Positions 11,803-22,699 of a stretch of DNA of 64,000 nucleotides are shown piece after piece; the stretch's first letter is position 1; the number at the start of each line of letters is the position of its first letter. Under the pieces are notes generated by a model. That model worked only from the letters and a program-made list of their open reading frames with translations. It had not been told where the DNA came from and did not search any database. The DNA lies in assembly GCF_006345805.1 (NCBI RefSeq), contig NC_042997.1, positions 111,724,001 to 111,788,000 on the forward strand. The letters run 5' to 3'. The position numbers and the translations under genes were made by a program. Source of the stretch: Octopus sinensis. Its lineage: Eukaryota.

Positions 11803-12169
11803 CGTGCATGTGTGCGTGTACGTGCGTGTGTGTATGTGTGTTTGTGTCTTTTGTGCTTGTCCTCCCTCAACCGCTTGAAAAACCAGTGTTGGTTTGTTTA
11901 CATCTCTATAACCTAGCAGTTCATCAAACGGGATCAGTGAAATAAGTACCAGGCTTTTAAAAAATGTATCAACTGGGGTTGATACATTTGACAAAAAATT
12001 CCTTGAGGCTGTGCCCTAGCATGGGCGCAGTCTAATGACTTGAACAAGTAACAGATAAAAGATAAATGACAGAGAAGTGCATTTAGAGTTGCACTCGTTT
12101 GTGCAGTGTAAACATGCAACAAATAAAGAAGACTGCTGGAAAATATTGTTGTCTGCAACTAGATTTGTA

Positions 12170-12535
12170 TAATAAGAAGCTTGGTTCCCAACCACATGGT
12201 TCTGGGTTCAGTCCCACTGCGTGGCACCTTGGACAAGTGACTTCTATTATAGCATTGGGTCAACCAAAGCCTTGTGAGTGGATTTGGTAGACGGAAACTG
12301 AAAGAAGCCTGTCATATATATATGTATGTGTTTGTCCTCCCACCATTGCTTGACAACCAACGTTGGTGTGTTTATGCCTCCATAACCTAGCGGTTTGGCA
12401 AGAGAGAATGATAGAATAAGTAGTACTTAGAATAAGTACTAGGCTTACAAAGAATAAGTCCTGTGGGTGATTTGTTTGACTAAAGGCGGTGCTCCAGCAT
12501 GGCTGCAATCAAATGACTGAAAGAATAAAAGTGAT
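12170..12535 (+). mobile_element. SINE family B
   Basis: Typical head, body and tail. Confidence 0.8.
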
Positions 12536-12774
12536 TAGGCAGTTGCACTCATGATCATGAGAATGTGATTTCAATTCCCAGGTGAGCTGCATGTTGCATT
12601 CTTGAGCAAGACCCTCCATTTCCCACTCAGCTGAAAATGGGTCACCCTGCCATGGACTAACCCTTCCAGTCATGGGGAGTGTTGGCCTGCTCACCTAACC
12701 AGTGGGGTGGCATCATTCAAAAGCTAAAACTGACACAAACCATGTGATCAGGATCATGTGACACACAAAATTGA

Positions 12775-13447
12775 ATATGACAATGGCTAGTGACTGAGAC
12801 CTTTGGAGATATGCTGTGCTTGAGAAGACCCAACAAGCCAAGTGAGACCAAAACCCGTGGCCTATGCCAGTGGTGTATAACCAGCCCACATATGAGTACC
12901 CTTCATTCATTGGACAATAAAATTTGCTTGCAAAGATCTGCTGAGGCAAGTGAAATCAAAATCACTGACGTGGCCAATGACAGTACTGCCTGATTGGCAC
13001 TCATGCCAGTGGAACGTTAAAAGCACCATCTGAGTGTAACCGTTGCCAGGGTTGCTGACTGGCTCCCATGCTGGTGGCACGTAAAAAGCACCATTCGAAT
13101 GTGATCGTTGCCAGCATTGCCTTACTGGCACATGAAAAACAACATTTGAGCATGGTCGTTGCCAGTGCTGCCGGAGTGGCTCCCATGCAGGTGGCACATA
13201 AAAAACACCCTTTGAGCATGGTCGTTGCCATAACCACCTGACTGGCCCTTGTGCCAGGGGCATGTAAAAGCACCCACTACATTCTCAGAGTAGTTGATGT
13301 TCGGAAGGGCATCCTGCTATTGAAACTTTGCCAGATCAGATTGGAGACTGGTGCAGCCTTCTGGCTTGCCAGTCCTCACTCAAACCGTCCAACCCATGCC
13401 AGCATGGTAAGTGTACGTTAAATGACAATGATGATGATGCTGATGCT
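12775..13447 (+). mobile_element. RTE-LINE 3' end (family C) including the last ORF2 codons and a repeat-bearing 3' UTR
   Basis: gacctttggagatatgctgtgcttgagaagacc encodes DLWRYAVLEKT; 4-5 repeat units follow, then ggaagggcatcc and a (GAT)n tail. Confidence 0.8.
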
Positions 13448-13864
13448 GAACGATTAATAAACATAATTTAGGAATGTCAGCAATGTCAATGGTACATGTA
13501 TTAGATATATTACTTCCTTGTAAATATTTACCAAACAATTTTTATCTAACATCTTAGACTGAAACAAGATCTTCACTGGCATTGCATCACTTAGGGTTCC
13601 AGCTAATCTGATCAACAGAAGAGCCAGCTCGTGAAATTAATGCACAAATGGTTGAGTACTCCACAGATATGCGTACCCTTAATATAGTTCTCAGGGAGAC
13701 ACAGTGTGATACAGAATGTGACAAGGCTGGTCCCTTTTGAATTATAGGTATAACTCACTTTTTGCCAGCTTAGTGGACTGGAGCAACGTGAAATAAAGTA
13801 TCTTGCCCAAGGACACAACACTTTGCAATCGTGAGCTGAATGAGTTTTCACTGAAACAAAATAT

Positions 13865-14265
13865 TCTTTCCTACTCTAGGCACAAGGCCTGAAATTTTTG
13901 GCAAGTTGGGGGAGCAGTCAATTAGATTTACCCCAGAATGCAACTGGTACTTAATTTATTGACCCTGAAAGGATGAGAGGCAAAGTTGACCTCAGTGGAA
14001 TTTGAACTCAGAATGTAAAAACAGACGAAATACCTATTTCTTTACTACCCACAAGGGGCTAAAAACAGAGGCGACAAACAAAGACAGACAAATGAATTAA
14101 GTTGATTATATCGACCCCAGTGTGTAACTGGTGCTTATTTAATCGACCCCGAAAGGATGAAAGGCAAAGTTGACCTCAGTGGAATTTGAATTCAGAACGT
14201 AACGGCAGACAAATACCGCTAAGCATTTCGCCCGGCATACTAATGTTTCTGCCAGCTCGCCGCCT
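13865..14265 (-). mobile_element. Two adjacent family-A SINEs
   Basis: gaaaggatga(a/g)aggcaaagttgacctcagtggaatttgaa occurs twice (~13965 and ~14150). Confidence 0.8.
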
Positions 14266-14719
14266 TACTGAAACAAAATATTGTGGTGTCCAAGAAGAGA
14301 CATCTTTGATTATGATTAAACACCCCACCCACTTGTTGATATGATATATTTATTTCTTTAGTAACAGATTTAAATGCTGTGGGGTATTCAGTATTGGGAA
14401 TGGGACAGGATCCATGAATTTTTTTTTTCAGCTCCTTTTTTTACAGCAAGTTCCTCTTTAGGCTGCAGATTTACCGTTAATGCTTTCACCTGAAGATGCC
14501 CACTGACCAGGTGATTCTGTTAAACCAAACAACTGACTGGACTTCACTCAGACATCATGGCAGCAGATCATGGTGTGTCCCTTTGTGTTCAACTTCAAAT
14601 CTCAACTTCACTTTTCATCCCTCCAGAACCATTAATTTAAATTCATTCATTAAATGTCATCTGCTTTCAGCAGGTTCAATATCAAGCATCTCCATCTTCT
14701 ATTGTGGGTCTGGCTTCTT

Positions 14720-15080
14720 GCTTGTTTCAGTCATTAGATTGTGGCCATGCTGGGGCACCACCTTGAGGAATTTTTAGTTGAATGACCCCAGAACTTATTG
14801 TTTTAGTTGAAGGACCCCAGAACTTATTTGTTTAAGCTTGTCTCTGTTGTTGAACACTAAGTTCCAGGGATGTAAATACACCAACACTAGCGCCAGTTGT
14901 GGGACACATACACACCCACAATGGGCTTCTTTCAGTTTCCGCCTATCAAATCCACTCACAAGGCTTTGGTCAGCCTGAAGCTATAGTAGGAGACATGTAC
15001 ACATGGTGTCACACAGTGAGACTGAACCCAGAACCATGTGGTTGGGAAGCAAACCTCTTACCACACAGCCACACCTGTGC
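14720..15080 (-). mobile_element. SINE family B
   Basis: Family-B modules on the minus strand. Confidence 0.75.
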
Positions 15081-15261
15081 CTAAGTACATGATGTGGTCT
15101 GAATCCCTTCTCTGGAGGCTGGCCACGCATTAAGAGAGTTCCTTAAATCTGTCACACATACCTTCTGAGTCACTGACGATATTGGGTTCCTCTGCTTCAT
15201 CGGCCATTTCAGTCTTGATGAACTTAATAATATAATAATAATGAAATTATTGTATACCACA

Positions 15262-15585
15262 ATAATTATTGTGCACCACAACTTGTCAAAAGTGCGTGTA
15301 AAGTATATGCAGTAATGTACAAATGTCTGGGAAGCGAACAGTGTATGAGTCAGATACATGCTTGCGTATGTGTGGAGGGGAGAAAATCAGGTGTAGTGTT
15401 GGTGAATCTCAGGAAGCATGGAAGTTTTGAAGGATGCAGTGCTCCGACAACTAACAACTGATGCCGGCAGTTTGTTCCATGCTTTAGCAACTCTTAGCGC
15501 GAAAAAATGTTTGCGAAGTCATGGGAGCTGTGCTGTTTTCTGATTTTGTAAACATGTCCACGGGTGTTAGACAGATGTTAGACAT
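15262..15585 (-). mobile_element. 3' end of a CR1-like LINE
   Basis: Minus-strand translation NTRGHVYKIRKQHSSHD..KHFFALRVAKAWNKLPASVVSCRSTASFKTSMLPEIHQHYT* matches the CR1-type RT C-terminus (RGH..K; FF..RV...WN.LP..VV). Confidence 0.75.
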
Positions 15586-16624
15586 CCCCTAGTACAGCAA
15601 TCCTTCTGATATAGCTGGTACCTACAGCTCAGTTTTGCTCACTGGCCAAAATAGGGACCGAGGTGTGGTTTTCGGTGTGGACTACTGGCTTCTGGGGGCT
15701 GTGTCAGACGTAGTTTAAGACCAGTGCCCCTGTCCCCCGTCTGAAGATCTGCAGCCGACCGGTTTACAAAAGCACTATTCCTTTATACACTTAGACCAAT
15801 CACGGCATTAATCTAAATACATTTGTAGGATTGGCATCGACTTACCAACTGTTCCCTGTTTGCAGGGGTCAATACATGCTTCCAGTCGTTCAGACATCGA
15901 CCAGCTGTGAGTCTTTATCCCAAGGGAGATAACTCAATATTAACAACTTGATGGGTTTCTCACATTGCCTTAATTAAGTGGTTTTTAACTGGGTCAGTAT
16001 GAACCCCTGGGGGTCCATATAAGATTTTTTGGGCCGAAGCAAGTAAAATGGAAACTTTGGGATCCACAGTTGTATGTTAAGGGTCCATGGAAAAAATTTC
16101 CAATACATGTATTGATTGCAAGAGACAGTTAGATTTGTTTCTCTTATACTACATAATTTAATATATTTCTGCGTTCTGAGTTCAAATTCCGCCGAGGTCG
16201 ACTTTGCTTTTCATCCTTTCGGGGTCGATAAATTAAACACCACTCGTGTACTGGAGTCGATCTAATAGACTGGCTCCCCTCCCCCAAAATTTCGGGCCTT
16301 GTACCTAGAGTAGAAAAGAACATTTCCCGCCATTGAAACATGTTCTCTCAGAGTGTGTTGTTGCAAACCTACACAAAAGTGAACGTGTGCGACGAACAAA
16401 ATAGGAATTTTGAAAGGAGTATCTATAAAGCTAGTTTTAAGCAATAGCTTTGTGTGTGGGGGGGGGTCTACCAGAATAAAATAGTACCCAAAGGGGTCCA
16501 CAGGCAAAAAAAACCCCCAAAAATGGTTGAGAACAAGTGTCTTAAATCACGATGGTAATACTGACAAACTGAAGTTTTCCAAAATTTCAGAGTCCAATAA
16601 TCACTGGTTTAATATGTTACTCAT

Positions 16625-17035
16625 GGCGGCGAGCTGGCAGAGACGTTAGCACGAATTGCTTAGCGGTATTTCGTCTGTCGCTACGTTCTAAGTTCAAATT
16701 CCGCCGAGGTCGACTTTGCCTTTCATCCTTTCGGGGTCGATTAAATAAGTACCAGTTACGCAATGGGGTCGATATAATCGACTTAATCCGTTTGTCTGTC
16801 CTTGTTTGTTCCCTCTGTGTTTAGCCACTTGTGGGTAGTAAAGAAATAGGTATTTCATTGTCTGTACATTCTGAGTTCAAACTCCGCCAAGGCTGACTTT
16901 GCCTTTCTTCCTTTCAGGGTCGATTAAATAAGTATCAGTTACGCACTGGGGTGGATGTAATCAACTGAAACCCTTTGTCTGTCCTTGTTTGTCCCCTCTA
17001 TGTTCAGCCCTTTGTGGGCAATAAAGAAATAAATG
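16625..17035 (+). mobile_element. Family-A SINE plus a second, 5'-truncated copy in tandem
   Basis: ggcggcgagctggcagagacgttagc head at 16625; second ttctgagttcaaactccgcc at about 16869. Confidence 0.8.
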
Positions 17036-17104
17036 TTTATCAAATCTCAGAAGAAATTCCTGTTTAGCAGTCAAATCATACGTCAAGCTGTTCATATACA
17101 CCCA

Positions 17105-17834
17105 ACTTGAATACAAAGGGCTGACCAAAGCCTTGTGAGTGGATTTAGTTGTTGGTTCAATCCTACTGTGGGGCACCTTGAGCAAGGGTCTTCTACTATA
17201 GTCTTGGGCTGGCTAATGCCTTGTGACTGGAATTGGTAGAAGGAAACTGAAAGAAGCCCATCAAATATACGTGTGCTTGTGTGTGTGAGTGTGTGTGTAT
17301 GTATGTACATGTGTGTATATACGTGTGTGTGTGTGTGTATGTATGTATGTACATGTGAGTGTATATACACATGTATGTTTGTATGTGTGTGTATGTTTGT
17401 GTATATATACATGTGTGTGTGTGTGTACATGTGTATGTATATACATGTGTGTGTGTGTGTATGTGTGTGTGTTTCCTTGCCATGACATTGCACATGTCAA
17501 TAGCAAGTGAGTGCCACTGCCATGCAAACAGTGTCCTTTGTTTCCAGTCTGCCATGAAAACATGTCTGGTTACGGAGAAATATTTCCTTGCTTGAAAACA
17601 AATGAGGTTTGGCAACAGGAAGGGCAGCCAGCCATAGAAAATCTATCTTACACAAATTCCATCCAACCCAATCAAGCATGGACAAGTGAATGGTAAACGA
17701 TGATGATGGTGATGGTGTTGGTGATGATGATAATGATAATGATGATGATGGTGGTGATGATGATGATGGTGGTGGTGGTGGTGGTGGTGGTGGTGGTGGT
17801 GATAATGATGATAATGGTGATGATGATAATGATA

Positions 17835-17866
<32 letters not shown>

Positions 17867-17930
17867 GATGATAATGATGATGATGGTGATGGTGATGGTG
17901 GTGATGGTGATGGTGATGAAGCTGATGATA
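17105..17930 (+). mobile_element. SINE with family-B head, expanded (TG/TA) tract and an alternative RTE-like tail followed by an expanded (GAT/GGT)n
   Basis: B head to 17260, microsatellite 17270-17475, tail ccttgccatgacatt...ggaagggcagccagccatagaaa...agcatggacaagtg, then (GAT/GGT)n at 17697-17930. Confidence 0.7.
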
Positions 17931-19247
17931 CCACTCAGCACTCCTCCCCCAAATGCTAATTGAGGCAATTAGTCCTAATTGAGACGACTCATTATTAACA
18001 GTTCCTGAGAAGACGAAACTGGCAGAATTGTTAGCATGCTGGGAAAAATACTTGGAGACATTTCTTCTGATTTCACATTCCAGTACCACCGAGACGGACT
18101 TTGCCTTTCATCTTCCCATAAGTACCAGTCGAGTAATGGGGTCGATATCAGACTTACCTCTTCCCTCAAAATTGCTGGCCTTGTGCCAACGTCTGAAATC
18201 AATACCAACAGTTTCCTTGAACAAAACATTTGCCGCTCTGCCTTTTATTAGAATTTTGTGTTGAGTGTCAAAGACTTTTGTCACACCTTTATTCCCTCAA
18301 CTGAGCTGCATCTATTAAGTTTTAAAAACTGTTCAGATTTTTATTACCTGGCTTCATAAATGTATTCATTCTTTTATATTCTACCTTCGTTGTGATTTTC
18401 CTTGTTTGCTGGCTCCAACATTGGATGAAAGTCAATAAATTTGAAGAGGAATTTGACATAGTGTGTTTGTTTTCTTGGGTTGAAGTTTTAGAATTTGTTT
18501 TGAAATTTTCTTCTTAAATCTCTTGGAAACTGGAATCTTCTGAGTGTTTCCATTCAATCTCTGTGCCAGAAATTAATATCCTTTACTTTCTTCAAAAGGA
18601 AAATTGGTGGGAAAATCTCAAAATCCATCGCTGAAAAACTGAAGAATTATTTCCTGGTTTCATATCTCAGACATGAGTGGAGCTCATCCCATGCCAAGCT
18701 GAACCATCAACAGTGGATTTCTATCTATTTGGCCCAAGACAATTCTTTTCCTTGACATCCAGTGACCAGGTGATGGTGCTAATGGAATGTAAACAACATC
18801 GTTATTTTTTAATTACTATTAATAATTGAAAAATAAGAAAGAAAAAAATTCAATATGAAAAATTTTCAATTTCTTTCTTTTCTCTTTTTTCCCAAGTAAA
18901 TTTCAATTTTGTGTGAAATCAAAAAGAAAAGAATGTTTAATTTGAAGCTATTTTAAGTAAATTACTTTATTTGTTAGTCTCGATGAAATCTCAGAGCATA
19001 AATGGGTTAAATGTTTTGGTATATTTTAAACTGTTTGGTTGAATGTTTGGCAGAATGACTACTGTAGCAGACAAAATTCTCCACAATGTTTCTTTTGGCT
19101 CTAAGGCAACCAACTGGCAGAATCATTAGCATACCAGGCAAAAATGCTTAGCAGTATTTTGTCCTTTACATTCTGAGTTCAAATTCTGCCAAAGTTGACA
19201 GTGGCTTTTATTCTTTCAGGGTCAATAAAATAAATACTAACTGAGCC

Positions 19248-19442
19248 AGTGGCACGTAAAAAGCACCCACTACACTCTCGGAGTGGTTGGCATTAGGAAG
19301 GGCATCCAGCTGTAGAAACTTTGCCAGATCAGATCAGAGCCTGGTGCAGCCTTCTGGCTTGTCAGTCCTTAGTCCAATCGTCCAGCCCATGCCAGCATGG
19401 AAAGCAGATGTTAAACGATGATGATGATGATGATGATGATGA
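19248..19442 (+). mobile_element. RTE-type 3' tail (family C)
   Basis: cactacactctcggagtggttggcattaggaagggcatccagctgtagaaac...gcatggaaagcagatgttaaac(gat)n. Confidence 0.8.
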
Positions 19443-19979
19443 GCACTAGGGTCATTGATGTCAACTTACCTTCCCCACTGAATTTGCTGGCCTTGTGCCA
19501 AAAGTCAAAACAAATTATTAGGGTAGGCTTTCTCTCTCTCTCTCTCTCTGTTTCTTTCTTTCTCTCACCCTGTCTCTATCTCTCCCTCTAACTTTCTCCC
19601 ACCTTCTACTGGGGTGGCCGAGTATCTCCTCATAGCAAGATGGCTATCCCTGTTCCTCCAGCCTTCTTCAACCACTCACCTGGTACATGGCTACTTCTCT
19701 CAGATCCACTCCTTCTTTCAACTGAGAGGCCCTCGACTTGCAAGCTTCTTGGTGACCCTCTGTGTACCACATAAAAAAACAATCATACTGGTTCAACGTA
19801 AAATGCAACTGTACTGGGTGCCTCACAAAAGGCAGCCAGCAGACACTCTGTAAAGTGGTTGGCATTAGGAAGGGCATCCAGCCATAGAAACCATTCCAAA
19901 ACAGACAATTGGAATCTGGTGTGGTTCTTGATGAACTGTTCAACCCATGCCAACATGAAAAGCAGATGATAAAGGACGA

Positions 19980-20013
<34 letters not shown>

Positions 20014-20319
20014 GGTTATGGTGGTGGTGGTGGTGGTGGTGGTGGTGGTGGTGATGATGGCGATGATGATCATGATGATGATTCTGGTTCCTTATATTGT
20101 GAGATTAAATTTGTCAAGCCACCTTTGCTTTTCGTCCTTTTGGCATTAATAAAATAAAGTGCCAGACAACTTTTTAAAATTTTTCTTGAGCCCTTAGGGC
20201 TCATTGCGCCAGTTACCTAGTTTCCATGGCGTATAAGTTATCAAAGCCACTGCATTCCCCTCTGAACAGGCCAGCAAGTTTTGAGGGAAGGGGACAAGTC
20301 GATTACATCAATTCCTCAG

Positions 20320-20515
20320 TTTTTCTTTTAGGCGACATGTCCAGAATGTAGAACAGAGGCAGTCATGGCCTGCCACAGTTCTCTTTTCATTGCTTTTTGT
20401 AACAGTCCAATCTTCTTCCTGATGTTTAATGCCCCTTTCTTCCAAGCAGTTTATCAAGTTTGACATCTTTCTCCTTCCTTTGCTTCTTTCCCCTTCAATC
20501 TTTCCGATCATTGTG
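20320..20515 (-). mobile_element. RTE/BovB-like LINE C-terminal fragment
   Basis: ORF 20308-20511: GKIEGERSKGRRK...W, typical of the RTE ORF2 end (GKIEG.R.RGR). Confidence 0.55.
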
Positions 20516-20519
20516 AGAC

Positions 20520-21537
20520 CTGAATCATCTTCATACCTGAATTAAATAGCCTTGGTTCATATTGGACATTACTTTGACTGTGGTGGCTTTCAAAGAATTC
20601 TTATGGTGATGTTGATTGACCTCTTCCTCAACAATGTTCCACACATAAGGGTCCAATGGATTGAGACCTGATGAGTTTGAAGGCCAAATGTTAAGGGTTA
20701 TGTGATCATAAAAATTGTTAGCCATCCCTTATTGGGGTTGCATGAGCCTCATGTGATGGCACACTTGACAGCTGATTCCATGACCTCAATGTAACCAATA
20801 GAGTTATCTTTAAGGCCTTGTGGAAAGAAGTGAGGAGGCATCACATTGTCCTTCATTACTGACAATTCCAAAAGCCATGACAGCTGGAACTTCAGAAGAG
20901 CCTGAACATAACCATTTGCCATTTTTTCTGTTAATCTTCTAGTCTTGGTCAAAGTTTTTCTCATCTGAGAAAAACCAAATCATGTCACATTCTCCATTTT
21001 TAACTTTGTTTAAATAGCCTTTTAGATCTGAACAAACAATTCTTATTTTCTTTCTTTTTTTCCTCTGACATGAATTGACCTCTCTTCATCATGTAAGCCT
21101 CATGGCAGATGTCTTCATGGACAACATTTCTGATTGTCCTTTCTGACATAAGGAGATCTTTTGCAATTGACCTCATGGATTTTCTAGGATTTCCATCAAA
21201 GACCTGCTGAACTTGTCGAATAAATGTAGGGGTTATGAGGGCATCGGAACATTAAGAATGCTTTTTGTGTTTCAAAACTGGTGATACCTTTCCATTTGGG
21301 ACTTCTAATTCCTTGTGAACTTTGTAGACAAAAGATCTGGCAACTTTTAAAAACTGACCTCTCTCTAAATTGCTGTGCTCAGTCTTTAAGGCCATAATTA
21401 CAGCATTCCTCTTCATTCATTGAGTAAGCTGGGTGTCTGCCGTTATTATTTTCTGAAACATTCATGACATAAAGTTAATTTAAACACAGTAATAACTAAA
21501 AAAATATCATGTTCTCATATAGCTTACACACCCTGTA
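20520..21537 (-). mobile_element. Decayed Tc1/mariner-superfamily transposon, maT (DD37D)-like
   Basis: Frameshifted pieces DNVMPPHFFPQGLK and IWPSNSSGLNPLDPYVWNIVEEEVNQ (WPPNSPDLNPLDY..W-type motif); candidate terminus TA-CAGGGTGTG at 21527-21537 on the minus strand. Confidence 0.75.
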
Positions 21538-22539
21538 TATATACACACACGTATACACCCTCGATCTCCATTTTTTCTCTCTCCATCTGTTTTTCTCCTC
21601 AATTTTTTTTCTGTAGAAGAACATAGGTTCAAAACATCTTCTTCCATTTTTCCTGTGTGTCAAATTAATACACCTGGTTTGTTGTTCCCTCACCTGTCTC
21701 TTATTTGTTTTTTGGGGGGGTTTTGTACAATTTTGAACCATATATACACGCACATGTGTGTAATATATATATATCTATTATATAAAATCTGTTCTGTCTG
21801 TCTGTGTGTGTATCTTCTAGGATCTCGGGCATCCTCCATCCGATTGCGCTCAAATTTGATATGTAGATACCGACTGTATCAGGGTGTGTATAAGTCTGTT
21901 TAAACCATGTTTGTGTTCTCCTAGTCAACAGCCTTATCATTACTGGTATTTTAAACTCTTCAGTTGCATATTTGTGTGAATAAAATCGTTTTTCTTTGGA
22001 ATAGAAAAAAAGTCTATCTTTATTTCTTCTTTTGCTGGTGTCTCAAATTTAGGTTAAATCAGTGTTTCTCAAAGGGGAGGCCTATGGGACGGTCGGACAA
22101 GTTGTCTTGAGAAAATTTGGTTTAAATGTTTGACAACTCAGCACCATCCATTGGACAGGCGGTGTGGGGGCGTTTTGCTCGTATACACACACACACATAC
22201 AAATTATGTGTATATATGTATATATATTTTTGTGTGCATGTGTGTGCATGTATGTGTGTGTGTTATTGTCTCCTTGCCATGACATCATGTAGCAGCTGTA
22301 ACCAAGTGTCACCCTCATGCAACTGATGTCCTTCATTTCCAGTCTTCCATGAAATATTACCTTACTTGCAAACCTGTAAGGGTTGGTGACAGGAAAGGCG
22401 TCTAACTGCTGAAAATCCTTCTCAATGAATTCTGTTTAGTCTTTACAAAGAATGGAAAAGCAGACATTAAAATGATGACGAGGATAATACATAAGCATAC
22501 ATGTGTTTATGTACGCATACATATAAATAAATGTGTGTA

Positions 22540-22620
22540 AGTGTGTGTGCTTGCATGCATGCATGTGTGTGTGTATGCATATGTATGTTTGTGTGTGCTT
22601 GCTTGTATACATGCGTGTAT

Positions 22621-22696
<76 letters not shown>
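22540..22696. repeat. Compound (TG)n microsatellite with a long perfect tract
   Basis: Directly visible. Confidence 0.95.

Positions 22697-22699
<3 letters not shown>

Noticed and set aside
15975-16540. Possible hAT-type MITE (gtggtttttaac...ggttgagaacaagtg ends; related fragments at 6430-6510, 33037-33130, 37000-37115)
   Set aside because: Ends are too degenerate and no 8-bp TSD could be confirmed, so it is not listed as a feature.
17955-17990. Hairpin caattag-tc-ctaattg flanked by ctaattgag and gagacg, vaguely hammerhead-like
   Set aside because: Core boxes CUGANGA and GAAA are not intact, no stem I is evident, and it is single copy in the window.
17092-18089. Many overlapping ORFs rich in H/T, C/V, D/G, M, S/P (also 22436-22747, 29208-29617, 35886-36198, 47951-48322)
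   Set aside because: Translations of (CA/TG), (TA) and (GAT/GGT) microsatellites; no coding evidence.
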